Positions 11,224 to 24,274 of a DNA stretch of 64,000 bases are shown in pieces. The notes below the pieces were generated by a model. That model ran no database searches, was not told the DNA's origin, and was given only the letters and a program-made list of their open reading frames with translations. The stretch is from assembly GCA_951804945.1 (NCBI GenBank), contig OX638160.1, positions 37,448,001 through 37,512,000 on the forward strand. Direction: 5' to 3'. Within the stretch, counting starts at the first letter, position 1, and every line of letters starts with the position of its first letter. The position numbers and the translations under genes were made by a program. The DNA comes from Podarcis cretensis (Eukaryota).

Positions 11224-13314
11224 GAGATTTAAGTCTCTGGTCATAAATCACCAGGACATAAACTCCGCCATTCACCACTGATAGCAGCGTATTTGTGGCC
11301 TGCTTACCTTAACTTCTGACGACTGAGGCGGAAGCCCGCATTTTGCTCTTTGGAGGCTCGGCGACAGTCGCTCCCCGCCAGCCCTGGGAGCACGACTCTT
11401 CTCCTCAATCCACTGCCCCCCCCACTCCACCTCGCGAGTCCCCCTCCCCAAGCAAGTCCCCTCAGCTTCTCCGGGATGGGTCCCAGCTCAACTCATCTCC
11501 ACCAGGACGAGCCCACGAGTACAGATGGGAGCAGCCCTGCCTTGCTCAGGAAGAGGGCACGTGCGCAAGGGGATCTTTCTCCAGCTCGCCTCTGACGGAG
11601 AGCCACCCTCCCCTCCTCGCCCCGCGCGAGCCTTCACTTCGCTCCAGCCCCTACCTCCACCTCCCCACGCTCCTCGGGGCCTGGCCGCGATCGAGAGCCT
11701 CCCCAGGCTACCGGAGCCCGGCTTCTCCCACCTTGACCAGATTTTCTACAAGAAAAAAAAAAGCAGCAGAGATGTTTCTTCTGAAATCTTTGTGCGCCCA
11801 AGGGGGCGTTTGTCTGAAGGGGGGGGTAAGGCAGCTGCCTCGGGAAGTCCGGGGCAGGCAGGCGAGCAGAGTGGGGGGTGGGGAGCGGGAAGGGAGGGAG
11901 GGAGGGAGGGCGAAGAAAGAGGGAGGGAGGGAAGCGCCGGGGCGGCACTGAAGGCCAGGGAAATTATGCAAATGAAGACAAAGGATGCTCACAAAGGGGT
12001 CACCCTCCCTAGACCGGATTGTTGATATATATGCGCGCCCGCGCGCGTATTTCCACGTTATATGAAGGTGCTTATGGTAGATATGGACTCTTTTGGACGT
12101 GCAGAAGGGGTCGAAAACCTGGAACTCCTGCAAGGCTGGGATGCTCCCCATTGTAATAAACCAGGAGCCCTCTGATCTGTCTACCACCCAGGCCAATCTA
12201 GACAACGTTTCAAAGGAACGATTAAAGTAATGACATTTCGGGATGATGAACGGGCGCGCTCACCCGAGATAGGCAACCGCAGCCAGATGCCCATGTAAGG
12301 ACGCATCTACACACACACATGCCCTTCCCCTAGGCTTACATTAACGCGCGCAACTGGATGCGGGATACCCACGCGACCGTGGTACGCAAACAAGCCGCAA
12401 AGATTCAACACCGAGGGGCGATTTCTTTTTTTGCCATTGAAACCCGCGCAAATGGGATGTCACTCCCATAAAGACTCCGTTCCCAGTTAGAACCGAATTG
12501 CTGGCATGTTTGTCTGTTCAGATCAATGGAACTGAGACAGGCAAACCTACTCCTAAAGGGTGCTTAGGTGAAAGCCGATCGAATTGAAATCGACGGGGTT
12601 TGCTGGCGAGCAAACATCGTTAGGATCGAACGGGGAAGCTGCGCATCCTTCCGCGGCAGAAACATATAGGACTCGGGTTCTAAATAATTTGGAGGGGCTC
12701 CTAGACTTTCTGAAGCCTAGGTGTGCGTGGAGGACATCTGTAAATGCGTTCAGAGAGGCCAGCATGAAAGTCTTTTCATCCATAAAGACACACCTCTCCG
12801 TGCGTATTTATAAAAATACGCACACAGACATATGTAATGTTGTGGTTGCATGCTGATGGGCGTGGATATTTGGTTCTGTGAACTTCAGTTCTCTTCCGCC
12901 GCCCCCCTCTTAATCTTTGTCCTAGTCTCCCTTCTCCTAACCATTTCTTTATTCCCTTCCAACCACCAACCAAATGTCGCGAGGTTTAGCCAGCAGAATG
13001 CTTCTGGGTTCCAAAAACAAAACAAAAAACAAAACCAAGCTAGACCTACGGAGAGCATCAAGGCTCTTCTAAGGCAACACAAAGGAGCCGCTCGGCGCTT
13101 CAGACCTTCCGCGGTGCACTCGGATAAAGCCTAGGTGTGAATCTGACATGCCTTCGATAAAACCCAAGGTGCGAGAAATACAAAGGGCTCCCTTTAAACC
13201 GCAATGTCACCTTAAAGCAGAAACAAAGCAAAAGGAGGGGAAGAAAGAGGATATTTAAACACATGCACACACAAGGACTCTAAGGCCAGGGTGGCCTCTT
13301 ACGCATACCAATGG

Positions 13315-13590
13315 TTTTTGTCATTTATGGCTAGGCAAGATTTATGACTCCGTGCGCCCAAGCTGTAAACAGAGCTTCACAACAGAAAACACTTGCTCCT
13401 CGTAGCAGATCGCGGCGGCTCTCAACTTGAAAGGGGAAAACTGAGCGGCGTAGGAGGGGCCCCAAAAAAATTCACTGGTAGGCAGTTTTTTTGCTACAAA
13501 CAACCCCTTGAAAGTTGCGCTGGAAGAGAAAACGCCTCTTTTGGTCAATAATCAACCTCGTACTTTTCTTCTGAAAACTGCTGATGCTAC
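13315..13590. promoter_or_regulatory. Hoxa3 rhombomere 5/6 enhancer (Prep/Meis, two Hox/Pbx sites, kreisler/MafB site)
   Basis: Minus strand TGACAA (13318-13323), TCATAAATCT (13338-13347), TGATTATTGAC (13544-13554); plus strand AAAACTGCTGATGC half-MARE (13574-13587). Same site set I recall for the mouse/chick Hoxa3 enhancer. Confidence 0.75.
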
Positions 13591-14825
13591 ACTTTTCCTT
13601 TTTTTTTTTTTAGCCACCAAAAAAAAGAGAGCAAGATGCCGGCTAAGAAACTGGGGGAGGATTTGCGTGGGGAGCAAGGCGGGTGGCAGAGAGAGAAACC
13701 CTCTCCGGAAGAAATTACAGAAGACGGCCCGGGTATCCACCGCGCGCGCACTCCACTTGCCACAAAGGCAGTCTTGGGATTCCCAGCAGCGATGGCGAGG
13801 TGGGAGCGCTCTGTCACACTTCGGAAATACTTTAGGATAATTTTGTGGCTAGCAATGTTCTGATGCAGAGATAACATATTTCACCTTAGAGGTAAATCAG
13901 ATAAAGGATCTGTGGTTGGAAGCGGGGGTGGATTTCTAAGCCCTGAATATTTAAATTAAATAGGCTATTTAATTTAATAAGTGAAATTACCCCCCACCCC
14001 GAATTCTGTTCTAGGCTTTGTATCTTTTCTCTATCCAAACTGATCATTTTAAAATAAATAAATCTTACTTTTACTTTATATAGCTGCAGTTGCCTAATGT
14101 TCTCCCTTCTAAGAAGCCATGATGTTTGGATTTATGCCATTGGGAGTCAAGCGGCATAAATATGTTTCCAGTTAACTGGATTATACTGGGGAATAAATGA
14201 ATATCTCAGGGTGCCCCTCCCTCCCCTGAAAAATCCTTTCTGCAACCTGGGGGTGGGCTGCTCACCGGAAAAACAAACAAACCAACCAACAGATAGTACA
14301 CTACATTTTGAACCAGGAGCTGAAGTTTGTAAACGAAGATTTTCTCTTCTTTGGGTAGAAAATCCAGGGGAGTTTCGTCGATCATTTCGGCAAATAGCCC
14401 AAAGATTTCTGAATGCATTGTGAAAGAAAATATAAATATATATATATTTCCTGGGAAGAGAAAATTATTCAGAACTCCGGAATAACTATACTGCAAGAAG
14501 GCACCGAGAAGAACTACTCAGCTGATTTAATTGCAGGGAGAGAGGCTTGTTTGGTACAGAGTCTTGATAAAATGCAAATCTGAGACGCTTAATACGCCGA
14601 ACCTCAGCTTGGTTACTTGGAAGTAAGTACCATTGGCTTTTTATGGCATTTGCTTCCCGGTAAGGGTGTTTAGGATCTCAATCCCAGAAGTGTATCGCTT
14701 CCAACCTTAGACAGAAGAAGCCTCTTTGGTCTCTTATCACTGTTTATCTTATCAAACCCCATATAACCGCTATTGACACTTCGTTTTGTATTTACTCAGC
14801 ATATATACTGAGGATTTTAACCGGA

Positions 14826-14860
14826 ATTATGATTATGATTATGATTATGATTATGATTAT
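14826..14860. repeat. (GATTAT)n hexanucleotide repeat
   Basis: About 6 tandem ATTATG units. Confidence 0.9.
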
Positions 14861-15996
14861 TTACTTACTTTCCAACACTTGTGCACGAAAGCCCTTTTTC
14901 ATATCAGTTTCAGCACTCCTATTATTTATGACTCTTTTATCTGGGTCAAAATGCACCAAAACTAGGTCATAAATCATAAGAAACCGTGACAAAGTAATTG
15001 AGCCACAATTAAAACTTACATTTTATTTATTTATTTTCCCAAACAGGTTTCGGCCTATTTGAAATTTAATTCCCCTCCCCCCTTCCCACAAAGAAAAAAA
15101 AAATCCCCCACCTCTTTCATATATATCTGAAAGAGTGTATATAGGTGCATATGTGTAAAGAGATGCCTGGACAATTTGGATCAGCTTACTTTTCATTTAT
15201 TCATTTAGGATCTGGTCGGTGAACAGATCAGGGAAGGGGGGGAAATATACAATATCCGCAAGACCCATTCTAGAATTAAACAACCATCATGTTTTAGATA
15301 AGGGAGTTTTATTCATAATAGAAGAAGAAGAAGCTTTTGCTCCTTAACCCCCAATTCTAAAATCTAACCCTGAATTGAATAATTGCAACTGGGCATTAAG
15401 AAGGGAGAGGGAGGAGGCGCGGCAGCGTGTAGGCGAGCGCTCTGCCCCTAGCCCACTGGCAACATAAATCAAAAGTCAGCACTCTGACCTTTAGCAACGC
15501 TGGGACTCAGTGGTGGATGTAATTTTATATAACATTTGTCCCCTTGTATAACACAAGCAGTGCTTTCATTCCCCCTCGCCCTTATTTGCGGTGCATCTCC
15601 CTCCATAAAACTGAATGAATAGCTGGTTAAGATTTGGTGAGAGGTAAAGGAAATCTAACTGCGAATGTAAAGCTTTTGGAGAGAAAAATAGGTTCAAGCG
15701 CCCTCTTTTCCTTTCCAGATCCTTGCTCAATCCAACCACAGCTCCCCGCTCCAATATTACCATTGATTATTATGGGGTATGGATGGGTGCTTTTATTCCA
15801 TTCTCACAGAGAGAGAAGACAGGGAAACAGCTTGAAAATTGAGCAGGGAGAGCAGGAAAACCGCCTGGTTTCTTTCTCCTGGAATGGTGAAGCTCCCACC
15901 AGTCGCGCGTTAAGTGGGCCACCAGTCAACAAAAACCAGTAAGCGGCATAAATAAAATGGTAGCTGAATTGCATACTCATCGATTTGAGGGTCCAG

Positions 15997-16166
15997 NNNN
16001 NNNNNNNNNNNNNNNNNNNNNNNNNNNNNNNNNNNNNNNNNNNNNNNNNNNNNNNNNNNNNNNNNNNNNNNNNNNNNNNNNNNNNNNNNNNNNNNNNNNN
16101 NNNNNNNNNNNNNNNNNNNNNNNNNNNNNNNNNNNNNNNNNNNNNNNNNNNNNNNNNNNNNNNNNN
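15997..16166. other. N-run (170 nt)
   Basis: Undetermined bases with non-repetitive flanks. Confidence 0.99.
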
Positions 16167-16555
16167 GCGTGACGCTTCCCAAAACACACTTAAATCAGCA
16201 TCAGAGGTATATAATAAACAGGACAAGCAAAAGCCTTGACACTGTCCTCTCCTGCTTCTGTTGGGCGATTTAAATAACAACGGCCACTAAAGCATCCAGA
16301 CCACAACAAAAAGCCACACCAAAGCCCAGCCACAAGAACACGCAGAAATCCAAAACCTTAGTGGGGGGGGCAAATATTCTCTGATCTGTTTGTTGCAAAG
16401 CTCTCTCTCTCTCGCCCCCCTTCCACAAGCCCAGGGAAACAAAGGGGGAAACGAGGCTTGCCTGGTGTCCATATACACCCTTAAGCCTTTTCTCCTGACC
16501 TTTGCCTCGCCCAGCCATAAGTCACCCACGGTAAAGGAACAATCGGCGGAAATAC

Positions 16556-16900
16556 CTTAAAATAAAATCCATCCTCTCTTTTTTTTTAAGCGAAGCATCG
16601 CGTCCTAACAGTCCGGCGATAACCTTTCCATAAGGACCGAGCGCCGTAGCTCAAGTGGAAGCTCTCTCTCCGAGGGTGAGCGGGTGGGTTGGTAGTTTGG
16701 GGGGGGGGGAGGCGGCGGTGGCGGCGGCGGCGCTGATGGTGGATAATAGAAAGCAGTTCTTGCTCTGAACAGAAACGGAAAAAACGTAATCACGGGCGAA
16801 GCCAGTCCGGGTCTCCACTCCAAATGCCACAATAATGCGCTGTATTATGTGCTCACGTGGTCATACGTCAACTTAAATCCTTTTATTTGAAATAGGGAAT
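16556..16900 (-). promoter_or_regulatory. Candidate proximal HOXA3 promoter and non-coding first exon
   Basis: CpG-rich segment, CACGTG E-box near 16855, candidate donor TTTAAG|gtattt at 16556/16555, about 9 kb upstream of the HOXA3 coding exon. Inference only. Confidence 0.4.
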
Positions 16901-19552
16901 CACTGAAGGAACAAGGGTTGGAAGCGCAAGCCTCGTGTGTGTGTGTGTGTGTGTGTGTGTTTCTCCTCCTTTCTTTTCTGTTTCTTCTCTCACCCCTCCT
17001 TACGCTTTAGCCAAGAAAGGGGGGCACAGATTATCTTTTATTTGTTTATCCCACTCCTCCCACGAATATTTTTCTATATACGTTTCAGACGGAAGATAGG
17101 AAGAATCAACAATTCCCCCCCCTCTCATGTGATTACCCATAACTTTTTGAGGCTAACCAACTGGCCTCGTTCTGAAGGAGAAACTCTCCGCTGACCCTTA
17201 GAGGAAAAAGGGCAGCTGGCTCCATCCGAGATGAACTTCTGCCACTATTTCCATAAGGAAAAGCCCTTCAGTATTAAAGGGGGGGATATCCGCCATCCCA
17301 CGGGCTCCTCTGTACTTCTATTGAATGGAGCTTGCTGAACACCCACGTTACAGCAGAGCCCTTGTAGGAACCCCAAAGACCCGTAATTACCTGACAAAAG
17401 GCCCAAGGATCTTCTGGTATAGAGTTGGTGGGCTTCTATACTTGTTAACACCCTAGGAGGACGACCACGACGACGAGGAGGAAGGCGTTTGCTGGCTTTG
17501 TGGTGGATCTACATTTTGCAAACTCTGTTGGGACCTTCTCTTTCAACCTGCGCTTACGCATTTCCTATGCAAGTACTTGAGTGATGTACAAAATTATAGG
17601 GTTCTGGAACGATGAAATATTTAGCGCGGAATAATGATCTAACTGTCCGGAGAGGGAGGGTTTTTTTAAAAAAGAAAAAGCAAGCAAGAATTGGGGGGGG
17701 GGGAGAGATCTCACACAGGTCCCTGGAGTGAGCCTCAGAAATGAATTAATCTTTCATTTGTATGCAGATCTAAAAGCTCTCTTTTTCTTTCTGTTCAGTT
17801 TCCACAAGCTGCATAGTGCTCTAACAAAGTGACCATGTCTTACAAGGCAAACGTCGTTTCTACCTTAAATGCACTATGGGCCCACTTTGCCGATGGTGGT
17901 TCTGAATTTCTTGCCCGGTTTCCTATGTAACATCCCTCTCAGCTGTTCCTCCAACCAACTCTAAAGCAAGTTTCACTGTATTCTATTTCTTTCATCACTT
18001 GCATTAGGGCTCGGGGCGGGGAGAGAACCCCATTTACTATGTGTGAGCAGATGAAATGTATCGTCTACCAGCCTTTTGATCAAATTATGAGCCGTCCTCT
18101 TCCTTTGACTGCAACTTAACTTTTAAGAGGTTGGTGGATTTAACCACACTAGTAACCTTCATCTTCTTCCACAACCGTGTTAAGTGGAAATGCGGGGATT
18201 TCTGCGCTCACACAAAGAGCTCCCCTTGTCACCCAGAAGCTCTCTAGGCTCAGAGTTTTCATAAGCTCAGAATTCCTCTGAAAGCAACTTTCTTTCTTTC
18301 TTCCCTCTGAACTCAGTGGCAGAATGCCCAAAGATATATTACTTCGCAGCTACCTTTATACATTTTCCTTCCCGGAACATAGCCTTTAATGGAACCAAAT
18401 TACACCGCTTGATAGGACTAGAACCTGCAGAGCTTAGGACACAAGCAACCTTAAAAAAGAAAGTGAGGGCAGTATTCGAGGGAAACTTGTAGAATAGTCA
18501 TAGGCACGTGCATCACTAATAGGTCCACTGACAAATGCTAAACTTTAAACAGGGAGCACCCTTATCCAAGAGATGGATTCCTAGGCATTTAAACTAAAGT
18601 GCCTTCAGCGCAGTCAAAAGAGGCCTTCAGAAGTTCTTCAGCAACAATGCAGCCAAAATTAATGGATAATGGAGCAGATGGGGGAGGGAGCCACAGCAAA
18701 TCTTCCTGAATCTCGAGTAAAACGTTATCGACTGCTTTGAGTCAGAAGCAGAAAGATGACTTTACCAAATAGAAACTACAAAGCCATAAATCATAACTGT
18801 GGGGTGCATATATAACTTACACGCCTTAACGCCATCTATGAGTACACCCTTTCCCTTTCCTTTCCTTTCCTTATTTTTAAAAAAGGAAAGGGCCCTTTGC
18901 TATGTAGGTCTGTATTCGTTTTAACGATCAAGTTAATGTGAAATCTGCCGTTGAACTATTAACTCCGGTGCGTATTGCATGGATAGTGAGTATGTGGGGT
19001 GTTTTTCCCCCTAAAGAAAAGTAACTTCTTGGTGATTTATGAGGAGCTAATTCTTCAGGCTGTGCTTTATAGGAGACAAGCTTGCTTCACTGGAGTCCTG
19101 GTAACTCTGCTTATTATTTCTCCTTTTTCAAAACAAAAACCCACCAAAAAGCTGACCTGGGATTCATTTGCTTGGGTCGAACTTCAGAGATCTTGAATTT
19201 TGAGAAATACAAATGCGAATGGACAGGAAGGCAGCAGCCTCGCCACCCATTTCGCCTTCCTCGCGGAGCTTCTCCGTTACTTCGAGGACTGGGAAATCTG
19301 AACGCTTTTGGGAGAGCTAAAAACGCTACATTTCATTTTAGGGAACAGGGCTAGGCTGCCCCGCCTCTTTCTGTACACATAGCAGTGGAATGCATGCGGG
19401 AGAAAGAAGGCGCGGAGCAGAGCTGAGGTCGAGATCCAAGACACAATTACTTGGAGGGAGAGAGGGCGAGCGCTGAAATAAATGGACGTCGTTTTTCAAA
19501 TGATTGGTTAGCATCCAAGTGCAACTAAGCTGTAAAGTCTCCACCAATTTGA

Positions 19553-19640
19553 AAGCTGCAAGGCTTAAGCATATTTACTCAGAGGTAAGTCCTATTGATT
19601 TCAGTGGGACTTTCTGCCAAGTAAATATACTGAGCAGAGA
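19553..19640. mobile_element. ~90-bp hairpin-like interspersed repeat copy
   Basis: atttactcagaggtaagtcctattgatttcagtgggactttctgccaagtaaat, imperfect palindrome. Confidence 0.6.
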
Positions 19641-22600
19641 ATCCTCCGAAGAAAGTGGGACTTCCCTTCCGCTATCCATGCTTAGATTAAATAAAGCGAT
19701 TTGTGCTTTTTGCTTTAGAGGAATTGAGTTTCGGGCTTAGTTTAAAGTTCTGTTCCGCAATACGCCTCATTTAAAACGAATGCTGATTATTAACGTTAAC
19801 CTTAAAATGTTGTGTACACGGAGAAGAAACCGAGTGAACTTCTCTGAATATTTTATGTCACGTTTATGTCTGAAAATGCAAAGCAAGGTATCAGAACTAG
19901 GAAATGACGTTCTCATAGAGACTCTGTTATTATCAGAGCCTGGTGTGAGTTTTTTATGTCACTAGGTTTTGGGGGGGTGTTGGGGTTTTTGGGTCCCCCT
20001 TAAATAATTTTATCTTTTTCGTTTAAGTACTAGGACAGCTGCGCTGCATCACATCTATTATCTTTTAAAGTTTGTCCAAATTTCATGCATCCTTATCAGA
20101 GAAATGGGGACGAGTGCAATATATATATATTTAAGCGCTGAATACTATTCTTAGAAAAGTCTAGGCTATTTCTGGGAGGATACGGTCAGGCTATATTTCA
20201 GACACTTGGAAGTGTTTTGTATTTTAAAGTAATTTGCCCTCTCCCCCCCGCCCTTCTTGGAATGTTGATAGTTTTAAATCAACATTTTGTCTTGAAATGG
20301 CTCAGGAAGGGGCACTTGCAGCGCCTTTTAGCAGGGAGAATTTCAACAAGCTGCTAAATCAACACAACAAGCCTTTGTAGGCTTGTAATTTATGCCTGCC
20401 GTTTAAAAGGTAGTAAACTAAACTAATTGTACTTCAGCCTCATAAAAGCAGGTAATTCTAGCAGGAAATTCAAGCGGCTCTACATATCCCTTGGTCTTCT
20501 AACGCTGGCTAATAAAAAAAAAAAAATCATATGGTGGCGTTTTAAGCGTTTTCATCGATTTTAAGAACTGAAACGAGAGAAGAGTGCAAGGCACCTCTAT
20601 CAGGATTAAGAGCAGTTTTCAATGAATAGATGCCACCAATGAATATATTTCGTTTGCCTTCAGCTGGGTGTAAACGAGGCCACCTAGAGAAAATTTTAAA
20701 TTTCACTACAACAGCAGGTAAAGCAGATACGATATTACTGATTCCTAGTAGTAGCTTCTAGCAGCCATAGGGAATACTCAGGTATTCTAAGTTGCAAAGG
20801 TGACTTTTGTTCTCATGTTCTAAACAATCTAAAGCCATCCGGAACAGCAAACAAAAAGCAGGCTATCATAAATGCAGAGCTGCTCTTAATCACGAACCTA
20901 TCCTGAGAGAGCTGGATTTTATAAGCAAAATGCATTTTCATTAAAGACTTCATTGGCTTCTCTAGCTCTTTCCAGCCCGTGTGCAACCCTCCCTGTTCTG
21001 AATGGCTCTCAAAGAATTGCTCTTACTTAGGCTCTATGTATTTCTTTGTTTGACAAGACGTGCATTCAGCGACGACGAAAGATGAATTGGCGCAGTGCAG
21101 AAAATTCCAACCGATTTAGCTATTTATCAAACCCGAAGCTCACAGTAACCTTTGTAACAAGCGCTAGCAAACCGAATCCTCGTCTCTGCAATATGAAACT
21201 ATTTTAAACAATTGGACAACAGATTCCTTGCTTTTTCTTCCCCCCCCCCCCCCCTCTTTCCACCCACAGGGCTCTTACCTCCTCGCGTTTCCAACCACCG
21301 GGCAGAATTGTTTCCAGATTGTAGGTGTCTTTAAACCGTATTTTCCGGTGCACCGGAGTGCTGTAAATAAAGAACAAGCAATAGCTAAATAAGAAAACTA
21401 TACGGGATGAGCATTATTTTCGAGACAAGACGTGGGTCAGCTGCTGAGTTGTTTTAGCAGATCCTCGGTGGGTATATAATCATTAAAAGGACGCTGTTGA
21501 GTTGCGTATTTTTTTCTTTTAGAAAAAAACACACGTAAAAATATTGCCTTTTGCAATCGTGTATGAAATTGAAAGATAAGCTCCTTTCTTATGAAGACAA
21601 CTATTCTCCCTGTGAATATCTTATAATTCCTCTTTTATGAAATGTAAGCTTCATATTCCTCTGGGAAGCCTTTGTTTAGCATCATTTAATCAAGTAAGGA
21701 CATTATATACAACTGGCCACGTTCATCTCTGTTTAATGGCATAAGAATGTGACTCTCTCCTTTAAATGCAAGGCACACGTCGGTCCAAACTAGGCGCACA
21801 CTTGAATCTTGTGGGCCTGATCTGCCGTCCCTGAACTGTCTCCCATTGGCTGCAATTGACTTAAAAATCAGACTAGGGACAATAGCAATAAAAATAGTGT
21901 TGAAACGGGGGAAACAGACGTGTGTTGTGGGTTTAAATGGCTGTTCTTTGGTCCGTTGGCAGAAAAGTAGCCTGAAGATAAGGATATTGACTTTCTCAAA
22001 GCAATAATAATTTTATTTAAATATATTTATTAATCATTTATAATAATAATAATGAGATGTTCGCCCCGCTTTCCGCAATCCACTGACAGGCCGCCGCCCC
22101 CCCTTAAATGTCCCGCTGGATTCTCCTTCGCCTGGCTAGCAAAAGTGACTGCTAATAATTGCTTAGTGTTGTTTCTTGGAATAATGTCATCGAAGGCTTG
22201 AAAAAAAAGTTTTAAATCTCATCTTGGGAGAACTTGGCATGATAGAATTTGCTTTTGGTAATTGGATCGTTTGGTAATGACTATTATAATTTTAGATTTG
22301 GTGCTAAGCAGGCATCTAGCAGGACAAAAGAAAGGAGCAGCTCTAAATCGCTTACTGGGGGTTTTATTGCACTCCCACATTAGTAAGATGCTTCGATTTC
22401 TGGAACTGCCCGTGGATTTTGCCAGACAGCTGCTTCTATACCAAGGAGTATTTAAGGGTATAATAATATTTCTTGCTCGCTCTCTATCCTACCAGTTCTC
22501 TATTCTGGGAAACTCCTTTGGTGTTTAACGTTCAAACTACTTCCTAAACAGCCCATCGCGTGGCAAACTGTAATACAATCGAAAGCAGTAGCATACACAA

Positions 22601-23336
22601 CCACTTAATGTGCTTACTATTAAATCAGCATCGTGCTACTCAATAGCTTTTGGTGGTATATTTGGGGACGATTAAACTACATGTTATGATATTTTAGAGA
22701 CCTCTTGGGGTGGGGGAGAGGGCTGCTCCTTTAGGCAGCTTTAAAGTTAGAAAGTAGCAATGGAGCATTTAACAAAACGCCATGAGTTAAAGGGGGGGGG
22801 GACCTTATCACAATACTCTGCTATTAATTGCGGTGCTTTAAACTGGGTACTAAATCGCGCTGCTTAATGATGAGTCATAGAGAAATGTGTCCATGACTTC
22901 TGTTGTCGTCGTCCCCCGTCCCCCCCGCCTCGCCTCGCCTGCCTCTATTCCCTTCCTCACAATGCTTGCTGCTGCTGCCGCCGCTGCCGCCACCTCTCCG
23001 GTTTCCCTTCTTGGCCCTGCTCTGCGAGCCGGTGATTTATGAACGCCTGGCAAATTGGGGGGGGGGGGGGGGAAACACACACAAAAGCCAGGACTCCCGC
23101 ACTGTGGCAACTTTCCACAGTGTGTGAATTAGTACTCGAACGTTATCAAATCGCCTCGCCTCGCTTTAGGTTTAATCACCAAAAAGGCATAATGCGACCA
23201 CAAGGCAGCTTCGCAACAAAGATGGAACATTTCGTAAATCTCCCCGTCGCTTAAGTCAAGGTTCCCAATCAAAAAGGAAGGCAAGTGCAAACAATGAAAG
23301 GCAATCCAGGCACACGACCGGCCTGCGCATACTTAC

Positions 23337-23379
23337 CGACCTCATCCCCCTTATTGCTCGCTTAAGGAGTTTAAGGAGC
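23337..23379 (-). other. Candidate 43-nt HOXA3 non-coding leader exon (or 3' end of an alternative first exon)
   Basis: Consensus donor GTCG|gtaagt at 23337/23336 and acceptor tttatcttttgcaag|G at 23380/23379; palindromic E-box ATGTCACGTGACAT at 23552-23565 just upstream. Confidence 0.55.
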
Positions 23380-24183
23380 CTTGCAAAAGATAAACCAGGT
23401 AGGCATGCTTTTTTGGGGTTTTTTTTGTTTTATATATTAAAAAAAAAAGAAAGTCAAAGAGGAAGTTCCCTTTCACTTCGGAAAGAATCACTCCTACTAG
23501 TGAGAACTGACCGTCACAGATCCATTCGTGAAGATCTGCATTAATTATTTAATGTCACGTGACATCCCATCCTTTCTCTCTCTCTCACCCCCAACCCTCC
23601 CCTCCCCAACCCGGCCAGATTAAAATTTCAATACCCGAGAAGAACAGACACAACACCTTTATCTACCCTCGCAGTGCTTCTCTATTGCTTATTTAGGCCT
23701 CATCATCTCGCCGGTTTTTGACAGCTTTTCAGTTTCTGGGGAGATCTTTTGGGCATTAATAACGCGGGGCTTGTCAGGCCCAGACAGAATGAAGCGGCCG
23801 AGCCCCCGAATCAGTCATTTGAATTCGACTTTTTATTGTCAGTGGCAGCAGGTTGAGGCAGCAGACATGATTTGGAACCCACGCCTTTCATCACAAGAGG
23901 GACCGCCTGATAAAAAGTCCTGGCGATAGGGATGTCACGCAGGCGAGTCGCTAAGAGAAGGGCCACGTATTCCCTTTGAACTGGTCGGATGGGGTGACAA
24001 CTTGATTCTTCTGAGGTCAGCAGGAGTGTTGCCACCCAGCCCTGTGAGACAAAGGTGTTTCACACCTTGGCCAGTTCCAGAAAGGAAGCGAGGCAGGCGG
24101 AAACTCGACTGGATGAGATGCAATGAGGACTGGCCAGCACTTAAGGCGCGGTTGCACTTAGGGCCTACTGGTTTCAGGCATTA

Positions 24184-24274
24184 GCAGAGCAATCCTGGCC
24201 ACGTCTACTCAGAAGCAAGCCCCATTGCATGCAAGGAGGGTGGCTTCCAGGTAAGTGGGGTTAGGCTTGCAGGC
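24184..24274. mobile_element. ~90-bp hairpin-like repeat copy with TTA flanks
   Basis: tta|gcagagcaatcct...ctactcagaagcaagccccattg...cttccaggtaagt...aggcttgcaggc|tta; TTA on both sides resembles a PIF/Harbinger TWA duplication. Confidence 0.6.

Noticed and set aside
11343-12205. Overlapping 100-200 aa ORFs in a CpG-rich region
   Set aside because: Non-ATG or weak starts, low complexity, no recognisable domain; typical of a CpG island.
15968-15996. Peptide LKSMSM matching the HOXA5 C-terminus
   Set aside because: Codons differ, no homeodomain is visible, and six residues can match by chance; the adjacent bases are Ns.
16196-16221. Minus-strand peptide CLLYTSDA, resembling translated Nextera/Tn5 adapter read-through
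   Set aside because: The DNA differs from the adapter at 5 of 26 positions; real adapter carry-over would be near-exact. Treated as coincidence.
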